Positions 27,338 to 35,234 of a stretch of DNA of 35,234 bases are shown piece after piece. The notes beneath the pieces were generated by a model. The model saw nothing but the letters and a program-made list of their open reading frames with translations. It was not told the DNA's origin and made no database searches. The position numbers and the translations under genes were made by a program. Source of the DNA: Candidatus Izemoplasmatales bacterium (GTDB lineage: Bacteria > Bacillota_I > Bacilli_A > Izemoplasmatales > Hujiaoplasmataceae); assembly GCA_050177605.1 (NCBI GenBank), contig JBFXGX010000018.1:1-35234 (forward strand), given 5' to 3'. Within the stretch, counting starts at the first letter, position 1. Every line of letters begins with the position of its first letter.

Positions 27338-27365
27338 AAAAAAAAGTCTTGAATACAAGACTTTT
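27338..27365 (-). terminator. Intrinsic terminator after the trxB-like gene
   Basis: AAAAGTCTTG-AATA-CAAGACTTTT. Confidence 0.8.
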
Positions 27366-27377
27366 CGTTTTATCAGA

Positions 27378-28232
27378 TTACTTCTTTCGAAGATATTTAT
27401 TGATTTCAAAAGCAGCTTTTGAACCATCATCGGCAGCTTTGACAATTTGAAGCCAACCTCCACCAATGCAATCTCCTGCAGCAAATAGTCCAGGAATATT
27501 CGTCATTAAGCGATGATCAACAACAATATCATTTTTATCTGTGAATGCACCCATTCGGAGAGCAAAATCAGCAGCCGATGGCGTACCCATCGCAACAAAA
27601 AGCACATCGATTGGATGACTTCCTTCGGTGGTTACGACAGTAGAAATGGTTTCTTCACCTTTGATTTCAGTAATTTTTTCAGTGACGAGTTTTACATCTT
27701 CAATAGGATGTTCTAAAGGGCTATTGTTTGTGAAAACGGTAATATCTGAACTGAAGTTTCGTAAAACATCTAGTTCCTCTAGCATAAACTCTCCACTACC
27801 TACAAGTCCAATCTTTTTTCCACGATAGATAAAGCCATCGCAAACAGCACAGAAGGAAATTCCTTTTCCAACATAATCGTTGAATCCCTTCACTCTTAAC
27901 GAAGCGCGGTTAGCCCCCGTCGCTAAAAGAACTGCTTTTGCTTCATGTTCTTGTTTGGTTGTTTTCACGGTGAACGTGTCAAAATAATCGATCCCCAACA
28001 CTTCTTCTTCAAATACTGGAATCTCTAATCTCTTCGCTTGTTTAATTCCATTTTCAAATAACTGTTTACCTGTGATGGGTTCTACAAAGCCATAGTAATT
28101 TTCAATGTGGTCTGTCTTTCCAAGCGTTCCAGAATCTTTCATAATGATCGTGACATCGAGTTTAAATCTTTTTAGATAAATTGCGGCGGAAACCCCTGCG
28201 GGTCCTCCGCCGACAACAACTACATCAACCAT
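27378..28232 (-). CDS. trxB: Thioredoxin reductase-like flavoprotein
   Basis: GGGPAG, LLATG, CAVCD redox motif, GLFAAGD; directly downstream of trxA. Confidence 0.85.
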   Translation of the reverse strand: MVDVVVVGGGPAGVSAAIYLKRFKLDVTIIMKDSGTLGKTDHIENYYGFVEPITGKQLFENGIKQAKRLEIPVFEEEVLGIDYFDTFTVKTTKQEHEAKAVLLATGANRASLRVKGFNDYVGKGISFCAVCDGFIYRGKKIGLVGSGEFMLEELDVLRNFSSDITVFTNNSPLEHPIEDVKLVTEKITEIKGEETISTVVTTEGSHPIDVLFVAMGTPSAADFALRMGAFTDKNDIVVDHRLMTNIPGLFAAGDCIGGGWLQIVKAADDGSKAAFEINKYLRKK

Positions 28233-28235
28233 GGA

Positions 28236-28547
28236 TTAAAGGCCTAAGCGTCTGATTAAATCTTCTTTTCTTAATAATCCGATAACTTGGCTTACTGGTT
28301 TTCCTTCTTTGAAAAGCATTACAGTTGGAATAGAAGAAATTCTGAATTGATTTGCTAAATATCCTTCTTCATCAACATTTACTTTTCCTACCTTCACTTG
28401 TCCGGCCATATCTTCAGCGATTTCTTCGATGATTGGTCCTAACATTAGGCATGGGCGGCACCATTGTGCCCAGAAGTCCACGATAACAGGAACATCTGAT
28501 TCAAGTACTTCTTTTTTAAAGTTTTCACTAGTAATTTTTACTGGCAT
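28236..28547 (-). CDS. trxA: Thioredoxin
   Basis: VDFWAQWCRPC, SIPT. Confidence 0.95.
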   Translation of the reverse strand: MPVKITSENFKKEVLESDVPVIVDFWAQWCRPCLMLGPIIEEIAEDMAGQVKVGKVNVDEEGYLANQFRISSIPTVMLFKEGKPVSQVIGLLRKEDLIRRLGL

Positions 28548-28607
28548 TTTTAAATCCTCCTAGAATAGTCAAAAATTTTCAATTTATTTTACCAAATAAT
28601 TTCTTAT

Positions 28608-29093
28608 TTATCTACTGTTTTGCTTATACAATTGTAATGTTTTTTCATCAATTCTAAAAATCGACCAATCTTCGAGCCTAGTTGCGCCTAAAGAATGATA
28701 AAAATCAATGGCTGGTTGGTTCCAATCAAGACAGGACCATTCCATCCTCCTACATCCTTCTTGTACAGCTTGTTCGATTAGATAAAGAAATAACTTTTTT
28801 CCATAGCCTTTTTGTCGATATTTTGGAAAGATAAACAAGTCTTCAAGATAGAGCCCTTTCTTCGCTTTAAACGTTGAAAAGTTATAAAAATAGAGAGCAA
28901 ATCCAACAACATTATCTTCTTCTTTCCCTAAGACGACCATGGCTTCATGCAAATCAAAAATAGCGTGTTCTAATTGTGCTTCATTCATATCAATTTGGTC
29001 AAGAAGTTTTTCGTATTCAGCGAGGCCAACAATACAGTTATAAATCGATTTCACATCTTTTCTTTCAGCTTTTACTATTGTAAATTCATTCAT
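28608..29093 (-). CDS. GNAT N-acetyltransferase (spermidine/spermine acetyltransferase-like)
   Basis: LAEYEKL, NFSTF..GLYLEDLF..YRQKGYG, LDWNQPAIDFY. Confidence 0.88.
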   Translation of the reverse strand: MNEFTIVKAERKDVKSIYNCIVGLAEYEKLLDQIDMNEAQLEHAIFDLHEAMVVLGKEEDNVVGFALYFYNFSTFKAKKGLYLEDLFIFPKYRQKGYGKKLFLYLIEQAVQEGCRRMEWSCLDWNQPAIDFYHSLGATRLEDWSIFRIDEKTLQLYKQNSR

Positions 29094-29099
29094 AAATAC

Positions 29100-29678
29100 C
29101 TACTTGTCATTAAACAACGAAAGTTGATAGAAACCTTGTTGCTTGTCTTTTAAGATTTTTTGATAATTATTATAAATATAATCCGCTAATTCACTTAGCT
29201 TCATATCCGTGGTGTCGACAATCAAGTCGAGTCCTTCAATTTTTGATAAATCAAAGTCCGTTCGATCCGACAGAATTCTCGAATCAATATTTTCTTGTTT
29301 GTCCATTCTTAATCTCATTCTTTCGATTCGACAGGCTTCGCTTGTTTTCAAGAAAATAGCGACGATAGAAGGTAAGCCTAATTTTAAGAACGATTGAAAT
29401 CCTTGTGGTTCAAGGATGATGAGTTTATCATCGGCGATTTCATTGAGCGGAGTGCCATAATGGAAGCCATTATAAGAGGCAGTTTCCGCAAAAAATGATT
29501 CTTTTTCTTTGAGCGTAAATTGTTCTTCTGTTAAGAAGTAGTAATCGAAACCATCGATTTCATTTATTCTTTTTGGTCTCGTTGTACAGGTAACAACACG
29601 CGAGATTGGGTAGCGATTAATCATGATTTTCGCTGATTCAGTTTTACCTGATGCACTTGGGCCAATTAGGATTAGCAT
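29100..29678 (-). CDS. gmk: Guanylate kinase-like protein with a C-terminal QLSLF motif
   Basis: GPSASGKT, TTRPKRINEIDGFDYYF, YNGFHYGT. Confidence 0.8.
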   Translation of the reverse strand: MLILIGPSASGKTESAKIMINRYPISRVVTCTTRPKRINEIDGFDYYFLTEEQFTLKEKESFFAETASYNGFHYGTPLNEIADDKLIILEPQGFQSFLKLGLPSIVAIFLKTSEACRIERMRLRMDKQENIDSRILSDRTDFDLSKIEGLDLIVDTTDMKLSELADYIYNNYQKILKDKQQGFYQLSLFNDK

Positions 29679-29829
29679 ATCTTCACCTTTCTTTCAAAAT
29701 CATTATATCACGATATATTATTTTGGGACTAGTACTTTTTCGATATCATTTTGAATATATTTGCGTATTTACTCAATTAGTAGTATAATACTTTAAGATA
29801 ATTTTTTATCTTGATGAGCGGGGTGTCTT

Positions 29830-31155
29830 TTGATGAAAAAGAAACAACTTTCGCCATTACTTGTTATCGTTCTTAGTTTCTTAGGAATCATCGTTGCTGG
29901 TGCACTTTTACTTAAATTACCTTTTAGTGTACAAGACGGAATAACAATGAAATGGTCTGATGCAATTTTTCTATCAACTTCAGCTGTATGTGTTACCGGA
30001 TTATCGACGATCAGTGATTTAAGTATCACTTTAAGCATTTTCGGTAAAGTCGTATTAGCCGTCTTAATTCAAATAGGTGGGATTGGAATCGTTACTTTTG
30101 CGATTTATTTGCTCGTTATTCTAGGAATCAAGATTGGTGTCACTGAACGTTATTTATTACGAGAAGCTTTAAATCAACATTCAATTTCAGGAATGGTAAG
30201 ACTCGTTAGATCAATCATCTTTACAACCGTTATTATTGAATTTTTCGGAATGATTATCAATTTCATCGCCTTGATTGGATATTACGATTTTTGGCCAGCT
30301 TTAGGACTAAGCGCCTTCCATTCTATCTCTTCATTTAACAATGCAGGTTTCGATATTTTTGGAGATAGCAGTTTACAAATGTTCTCTTCCAATATCCTTT
30401 TAAATATTAACACCATGTTACAAATCATTATTGGTGGTATTGGTTTTATTGTGATTCAAGACATCTTAAAAAAGAAATCTTGGAAAGGACTTACGCTCTA
30501 TTCTAAGATTGTCTTAAAAACGACTGGATTCTTAATCGTTGCAGGATTACTGATTATTAAAATATTAGAGTATGATCATGTAACTTGGCTTGAAGCATTA
30601 TTCCAAAGTGTAACGACAAGAACCGCTGGTTTTTCTACTGTCAATATCAGTATGTTTAGCTACACTACACTCGCAATTATAATGATTTTTATGTTTATTG
30701 GTGCTTCTCCTAACTCCACAGGTGGTGGTGTGAAGACAACCACATTCTATGTCATTTTTAAATCAACTGTTAGTTTCCTCCGTGGCAAGCCGACGATTGT
30801 AAAAAACAGAAAAATTGATGATGATAATCGTGCAAAGGCATTTACGCTTGTTTTACTAGCTCTTTCATCAACCTTTATCATCTTCGTCATTGTTTCGACG
30901 ATTGAACGGAATAACCCAAATCATAATATGGATTTCCTTAGCGTATTGTTTGAAACTGTTTCTGCTTTTGGTACCGTTGGGTTATCAACAGGAATCACAC
31001 CATATCTTATGCCAGCTTCAAAAATCGTCCTCACCATTTTAATGTTTATGGGACGATTAGGTCCAATCACATTATTTGGTATTGTTAATCGTAACTGGGG
31101 GCACCCTAATGTAAGTAGTATTGATTATGCTACAGAAAAGATTTTAGTAGGGTAA
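29830..31155 (+). CDS. TrkH/KtrB potassium uptake membrane subunit
   Basis: Four selectivity-filter motifs: SAVCVTGL, SSFNNAGF, TTRTAGF, SAFGTVGL. Confidence 0.93.
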   Translation: MMKKKQLSPLLVIVLSFLGIIVAGALLLKLPFSVQDGITMKWSDAIFLSTSAVCVTGLSTISDLSITLSIFGKVVLAVLIQIGGIGIVTFAIYLLVILGIKIGVTERYLLREALNQHSISGMVRLVRSIIFTTVIIEFFGMIINFIALIGYYDFWPALGLSAFHSISSFNNAGFDIFGDSSLQMFSSNILLNINTMLQIIIGGIGFIVIQDILKKKSWKGLTLYSKIVLKTTGFLIVAGLLIIKILEYDHVTWLEALFQSVTTRTAGFSTVNISMFSYTTLAIIMIFMFIGASPNSTGGGVKTTTFYVIFKSTVSFLRGKPTIVKNRKIDDDNRAKAFTLVLLALSSTFIIFVIVSTIERNNPNHNMDFLSVLFETVSAFGTVGLSTGITPYLMPASKIVLTILMFMGRLGPITLFGIVNRNWGHPNVSSIDYATEKILVG

Positions 31156-31190
31156 GTTCGTCTTGCCCTATTTTTTTAGTGAGGTTCAAT

Positions 31191-31850
31191 ATGATTAAAA
31201 CGATTTATGAAGATAAAGATATATTAGTTGTTTATAAACCAATAGGATTGCTTTCACACCGTGCCGTTAAGTCCAATTTAGGTGATTTACTAACTGAGTT
31301 GAAACAACCAAATTATCATGTCATTACTAGACTTGACGCCAATACAGAAGGACTAGTCTTGCTAGCGAAAAACGCTGTGGCAGCATCGATTTTATCTAAG
31401 CTTGGACAAACCAGTGGGATTGCTAAAAAATATCGTGCAATCGTCGTGGGGTATATAGACAAATTAGAAGATGTAATCACTGCTTATCTCCTAAAGGATA
31501 GTGAGAATAGCGTAGTTCGCTTATCATCTACGCCTACGTTAGATGCTTCTGAGATAAAAACAAAATACACCGTATTAAAAGAACATAAAGGATTTAGTTT
31601 ATTAGAAGTCGAACTGATTACTGGAAAGACGCACCAGATTAGAGCTCATTTAGCGCATATCGGTCATCCAGTTCTTGGTGATCCACTTTATGGAAATAAG
31701 AAAATGAATCAAATGATGCACGAAAAGACACAACTGCTTCTGTCTTATCGGATTGTTTTTGATATCGTGGACGAGACCAATCCTTTCTACTACTTAAATC
31801 AAGAGAACATTCTTGTTCAAAATGATAAGATAACGAATTATTTCAAGTAA
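31191..31850 (+). CDS. RluA family pseudouridine synthase (no S4 domain)
   Basis: IYED..ILVVYKPIG, TRLDANTEG, TGKTHQIRAH, HPVLGDPLYG; likely ATG 31191 after GAGG. Confidence 0.9.
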   Translation: MIKTIYEDKDILVVYKPIGLLSHRAVKSNLGDLLTELKQPNYHVITRLDANTEGLVLLAKNAVAASILSKLGQTSGIAKKYRAIVVGYIDKLEDVITAYLLKDSENSVVRLSSTPTLDASEIKTKYTVLKEHKGFSLLEVELITGKTHQIRAHLAHIGHPVLGDPLYGNKKMNQMMHEKTQLLLSYRIVFDIVDETNPFYYLNQENILVQNDKITNYFK

Positions 31851-31885
31851 AAACGTATTCGAAAAATCGAATACGTCTTTTTTTT
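31849..31885. terminator. Bidirectional terminator between convergent genes
   Basis: ACGTATTCGA-AAA-TCGAATACGT-like hairpin flanked by A and T runs. Confidence 0.8.
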
Positions 31886-32558
31886 AGAAATGGAATCTTT
31901 TTCTTATTTCATCTTTGATTGACTTTGGAAAGAAAAAGATGATGAACAATAGAATAAAAATAGCTAGCCCAAACGCTGTGATACTTGGCCAAGGTATCGT
32001 TATGACTTTGAAAAAGTATAAAACGAGTGGAATGACACTAAAGATTAAAATAGTGAATAAATAGAAAAGATAGTCGCGGTAATTGATTCTTTTAATCCAA
32101 ATGATAAATGAGATAGCTAGATTACAAGCGAGTAAGGCAAATGGTGTAACATAATTTAGTGCCCATCCAGCATGGGTATCATAATTTTGATCAATTACAT
32201 TTAAGATAACAATCAGAAAAGTCGTAAGAAAAGCTAACCTAAATGCTATGTTTTGATTCGTCAAAATCCCGTATCTTACAATCATCCAAAAATATAGAAT
32301 TGCGCCAACAGGAATCATTGCCCATGGTTTATTCGATCCATCCACAAGATTTATACCAATCAATATTAGAATCGATACTAATGTTATAAATAACAATATC
32401 TTTTTCGTTAAGGGTAATACTTCTCTTCTAGGAGGAATATATTCGGGATAAACCTCAGGAATAGAGGGATCGCTTGTACCCTGTAATGTTTGATGACATA
32501 GAGGACAGTACTCTTGATTTGTTTCGATGGTAATGTTACATTTATCACAGTGTTTCAT
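31884..32558 (-). CDS. Membrane protein with N-terminal zinc ribbon (DUF6320-like)
   Basis: CDKC...CPLC followed by about 6 TM segments; ends KDEIRKRFHF. Confidence 0.72.
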   Translation of the reverse strand: MKHCDKCNITIETNQEYCPLCHQTLQGTSDPSIPEVYPEYIPPRREVLPLTKKILLFITLVSILILIGINLVDGSNKPWAMIPVGAILYFWMIVRYGILTNQNIAFRLAFLTTFLIVILNVIDQNYDTHAGWALNYVTPFALLACNLAISFIIWIKRINYRDYLFYLFTILIFSVIPLVLYFFKVITIPWPSITAFGLAIFILLFIIFFFPKSIKDEIRKRFHF

Positions 32559-33856
32559 AGGTACTCCTCCACGTAATTACTCTCGATTTTGACGTCAAGA
32601 CCCATTTGATTTAAACTACGGAAAAACTCCTTTTCTAGCGATGTTTCGACAATTGAGCGTGTAAAGGTAATCTTGAATTTATCTTCAAAAGAAACGATTG
32701 CACAATTGAATGTATTGAACTTACCACTATATACCGCAGCACTGACATTATCAATATACGGTTTCATTGATTCAGGAAAATCAATCCGACCAATATTCGT
32801 AAAACTCATTGTATTTAACGATAATCCCATTAAACTGTATCCTAGCTTCATCACAAATTTTTTGAGATGGAACGGTGTTATTCTTAATATAATGTTTTTT
32901 TCGAATGCTACGTTTTCACTCATTTTACGAATCAATTCATCTTTTTGAAGTCCATATCTTAGTTGCTCTTTTGCAAGTGCAAGAACTTCCTCAAATGTGA
33001 TGTCTGGACGGTTCATAACCATATCCGTTTTTGTAAAGTTAGAAAAATTGCGTAACGTTTTCGATGGAAGATGATTTCTTAAGTTGACAGGAACAAAAAT
33101 CTTCACAGGTTTTTGGTGGTACTTTTGGTGCTCACGATGTTTGATTTTCACATTATAAATCGTCATCATCATTATCGCGACCAAAAATTCGGTTACAGTT
33201 GCTTGATGACTTCTAGATATCTCTAGTATTTTCTTTGTTGATACACAACCAGAAATTAAACCAATATTACTATCTCCAAGCGGTGTACCTTTGATTCCTA
33301 ACGCCTTTTTTTCATTGACATGCTTCCTATTTTTAGGATCGTAATAAGCTACATTTGAATCTTCATATTCTTCAATCGTTGGTCGGCTATCCGTTGTGAG
33401 AATCATGTTGTCTGGCGTGACTTTATATCCTCTTTGAACAAAGTATTCATAGACAATCGACTTCAAAAACATGTAAGCTCCGCCACCATCCGCAAGCGAA
33501 TGGAACATCTCAATCGCAAGAATATTGTTGCGATAAAACACTTTAAATAAATATCCATTATTATCTTTTGGAAGCAATGGCCCACATACCATATGACTCA
33601 TTGGCTCAACAATAAAAGGACGTGTATTATAATCAAAATAGCGCCAAAAAATACCCGTTTTCAATCTTACTTTGAACATCGGATATCTTTCTAAGACATG
33701 ATCGACAGCTTTTTGTAGTGTGTCCGGATCAAGCGTTTCTTTTAATGCAATTTGTACTCTAAAAGTATTTGTTTCTTTCGTATTGGACACTTCTGGAAAT
33801 ATTTTCGCAGAGTTATCAAGTTTATACCATTCTTGATAAGGTTTCTCTTTTGACAT
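32555..33856 (-). CDS. CoA-dependent acyltransferase (condensation/alcohol acetyltransferase-like)
   Basis: WYKLDNSAKIFP, catalytic HxxxDG (FHSLADGGG), VPVNLR, TNIG. Confidence 0.78.
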   Translation of the reverse strand: MSKEKPYQEWYKLDNSAKIFPEVSNTKETNTFRVQIALKETLDPDTLQKAVDHVLERYPMFKVRLKTGIFWRYFDYNTRPFIVEPMSHMVCGPLLPKDNNGYLFKVFYRNNILAIEMFHSLADGGGAYMFLKSIVYEYFVQRGYKVTPDNMILTTDSRPTIEEYEDSNVAYYDPKNRKHVNEKKALGIKGTPLGDSNIGLISGCVSTKKILEISRSHQATVTEFLVAIMMMTIYNVKIKHREHQKYHQKPVKIFVPVNLRNHLPSKTLRNFSNFTKTDMVMNRPDITFEEVLALAKEQLRYGLQKDELIRKMSENVAFEKNIILRITPFHLKKFVMKLGYSLMGLSLNTMSFTNIGRIDFPESMKPYIDNVSAAVYSGKFNTFNCAIVSFEDKFKITFTRSIVETSLEKEFFRSLNQMGLDVKIESNYVEEYL

Positions 33857-34020
33857 TTAAATCTCCTATAATAAACGAGAGTCTCGTTTTATCGTTTTAT
33901 TCATATTTTATCGTAATTCTTTGAATACATTATATCAAGAATTCCTTCATTAAAAAAGAATTTTTCATAAATACTACATCTATTTTAAAAGTATTGTATA
34001 ATAGTCTCGAGGTGAATATC

Positions 34021-35229
34021 ATGAAAGCATATGAACGTTTATTAACTTACGCAAAATTTAACACACAATCTTCTCATGAATCAAAAAGTTATCCTTCTAC
34101 TGCGAACCAACTTGTTTTGGGAAACTTTTTAAAGGATGAACTAGTATCGTTAGGCATTGAGTCAACTATTGATGAGTTTGGATATGTGATTGGGAAAATA
34201 CCAGCTAATACTCCTAACAAACCAAGCATTGCCTTAATTGCCCATATGGACACTAGCCCTGATGCTAGTGGAGAAAATGTTAATCCACAAATCGTAAAAA
34301 ATTATCAAGGTGGAGATATCTTACTAAATAAAGAAACAGGGATGGTTCTGAGTCCAGATGTTTTTGAAAGTTTAAAAAAACAAATCGGACATACATTAAT
34401 CACAACTGATGGTCACACACTCCTTGGCGCAGATGATAAAGCAGGGGTTGCTGAAATTATGACGTTTGCCGAATATGTGATGTCAGCTAGTGATTATCTC
34501 CATGGTGAAATTGTCATTGTGTTTACACCTGATGAAGAAGTCGGACAAGGTACAGATTTTCTAGATTTAAAAAAAGTTGGCGCGGATTTTGGATACACGC
34601 TTGATGGATCTACTGTTGGCGAAATTGCCTATGAAAATTTTAATGCCGCTTGGGCTTTTCTCACTTTTAAAGGTATCTCAGTCCACCCAGGAAGCGCAAA
34701 AAACAAAATGCTAAACTCAATCTTCTTAGCTTATGAGTTTGATCAATTATTACCAAAATATATGCGTCCAGAAACAACGGAAAAATATGAAGGTTTTAAC
34801 CACTTAACAGATATCTCTGGAATGTGTGAAGAGACAAAAACAAAATATATTATAAGAAACCATTCAAAAAGCATCTTTGAAGAACAAAAGAAAATGTTTG
34901 AATCCGCTGTAGCATTTATGAACAAGAAATATGGTGCGGGTACAGTTTCACTAACCTTAGAAGATTCATACTATAATATGAGATATATCCTAGATGAAAA
35001 ACAAGACATTATCGACATCGCAATCGCTGCTATCAAGGAATGCGGACTTGAACCGATTATTGAACCGATTCGTGGCGGAACCGATGGAGCAAGATTAACT
35101 TATGAAGGGCTCCCTTGTCCAAACCTCGGCACAGGTGGATATAATTATCATGGTCCCTATGAATACGCCAGTGTAGAAGAAATGGATCTGGCTGTAGAAA
35201 TTATTAAAAAAGTCATCGAGAAAGCTTAA
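34021..35229 (+). CDS. pepT: Peptidase T (tripeptide aminopeptidase)
   Basis: IAHMDTS, LLGADDKAG, FTPDEEVG, VHPGSAK, PIRGGTDG, HGPYE; likely ATG 34021. Confidence 0.96.
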   Translation: MKAYERLLTYAKFNTQSSHESKSYPSTANQLVLGNFLKDELVSLGIESTIDEFGYVIGKIPANTPNKPSIALIAHMDTSPDASGENVNPQIVKNYQGGDILLNKETGMVLSPDVFESLKKQIGHTLITTDGHTLLGADDKAGVAEIMTFAEYVMSASDYLHGEIVIVFTPDEEVGQGTDFLDLKKVGADFGYTLDGSTVGEIAYENFNAAWAFLTFKGISVHPGSAKNKMLNSIFLAYEFDQLLPKYMRPETTEKYEGFNHLTDISGMCEETKTKYIIRNHSKSIFEEQKKMFESAVAFMNKKYGAGTVSLTLEDSYYNMRYILDEKQDIIDIAIAAIKECGLEPIIEPIRGGTDGARLTYEGLPCPNLGTGGYNYHGPYEYASVEEMDLAVEIIKKVIEKA

Positions 35230-35234
35230 AAAAA

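Noticed and set aside
28608..29093. GNAT as a bacterial ceramide synthase partner for SPT
   Set aside because: It is a short single-domain protein with polyamine-acetyltransferase-like motifs and is unlinked to spt.
29830..31155. KtrB without an adjacent KtrA as a novelty
   Set aside because: The regulatory subunit is commonly encoded elsewhere; this cannot be judged from the window.
2724..34925. Remaining 60-101 aa ORFs overlapping long genes (e.g. 3484..3693, 6586..6891, 8805..9098, 19294..19584, 29793..30038, 32673..32948)
   Set aside because: They lie antisense or off-frame to well-supported CDSs, with no recognisable motifs.
1..35234. CRISPR array, IS element, prophage genes or riboswitch
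   Set aside because: No regularly spaced repeats, transposase, integrase or phage proteins were seen, and the intergenic regions are short and explained by promoters and terminators.

Overview
AT-rich bacterial chromosome segment using genetic code 11 (TGA stops, TGG Trp). Gene content and the sigmaA-type promoters and terminators suggest a low-GC Bacillota/Mollicutes lineage such as Acholeplasmatales or Izemoplasmatales; this assignment is an inference. The window is mostly housekeeping and metabolic genes: rlmD, a TetR with a fused ABC transporter, fsa/tal, a complete folate-linked histidine degradation operon (hutH-hutU-formiminotransferase-hutI-cyclodeaminase), tRNA-Lys(CTT), an rnf operon, ltaE, trxA/trxB, a guanylate kinase-like gene, KtrB/TrkH and pepT. 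Four things stand out. (1) A three-gene operon encodes a serine-palmitoyltransferase-like enzyme, an SDR reductase and an apparently degenerate class III nucleotidyl-cyclase-fold protein with a His/Cys-rich loop, behind a TACA-N2-TGTA palindrome. (2) The Rnf complex is atypical, with an extra FMN-binding subunit, a 100-aa RnfB lacking ferredoxin domains and an adjacent tandem FMN-domain lipoprotein. (3) A decayed tRNA-Lys att repeat brackets a lone AAA+/PD-(D/E)xK gene. (4) The guanylate kinase homolog ends in a QLSLF beta-clamp-binding motif. All family assignments come from motif recognition by eye; no database searches were run.
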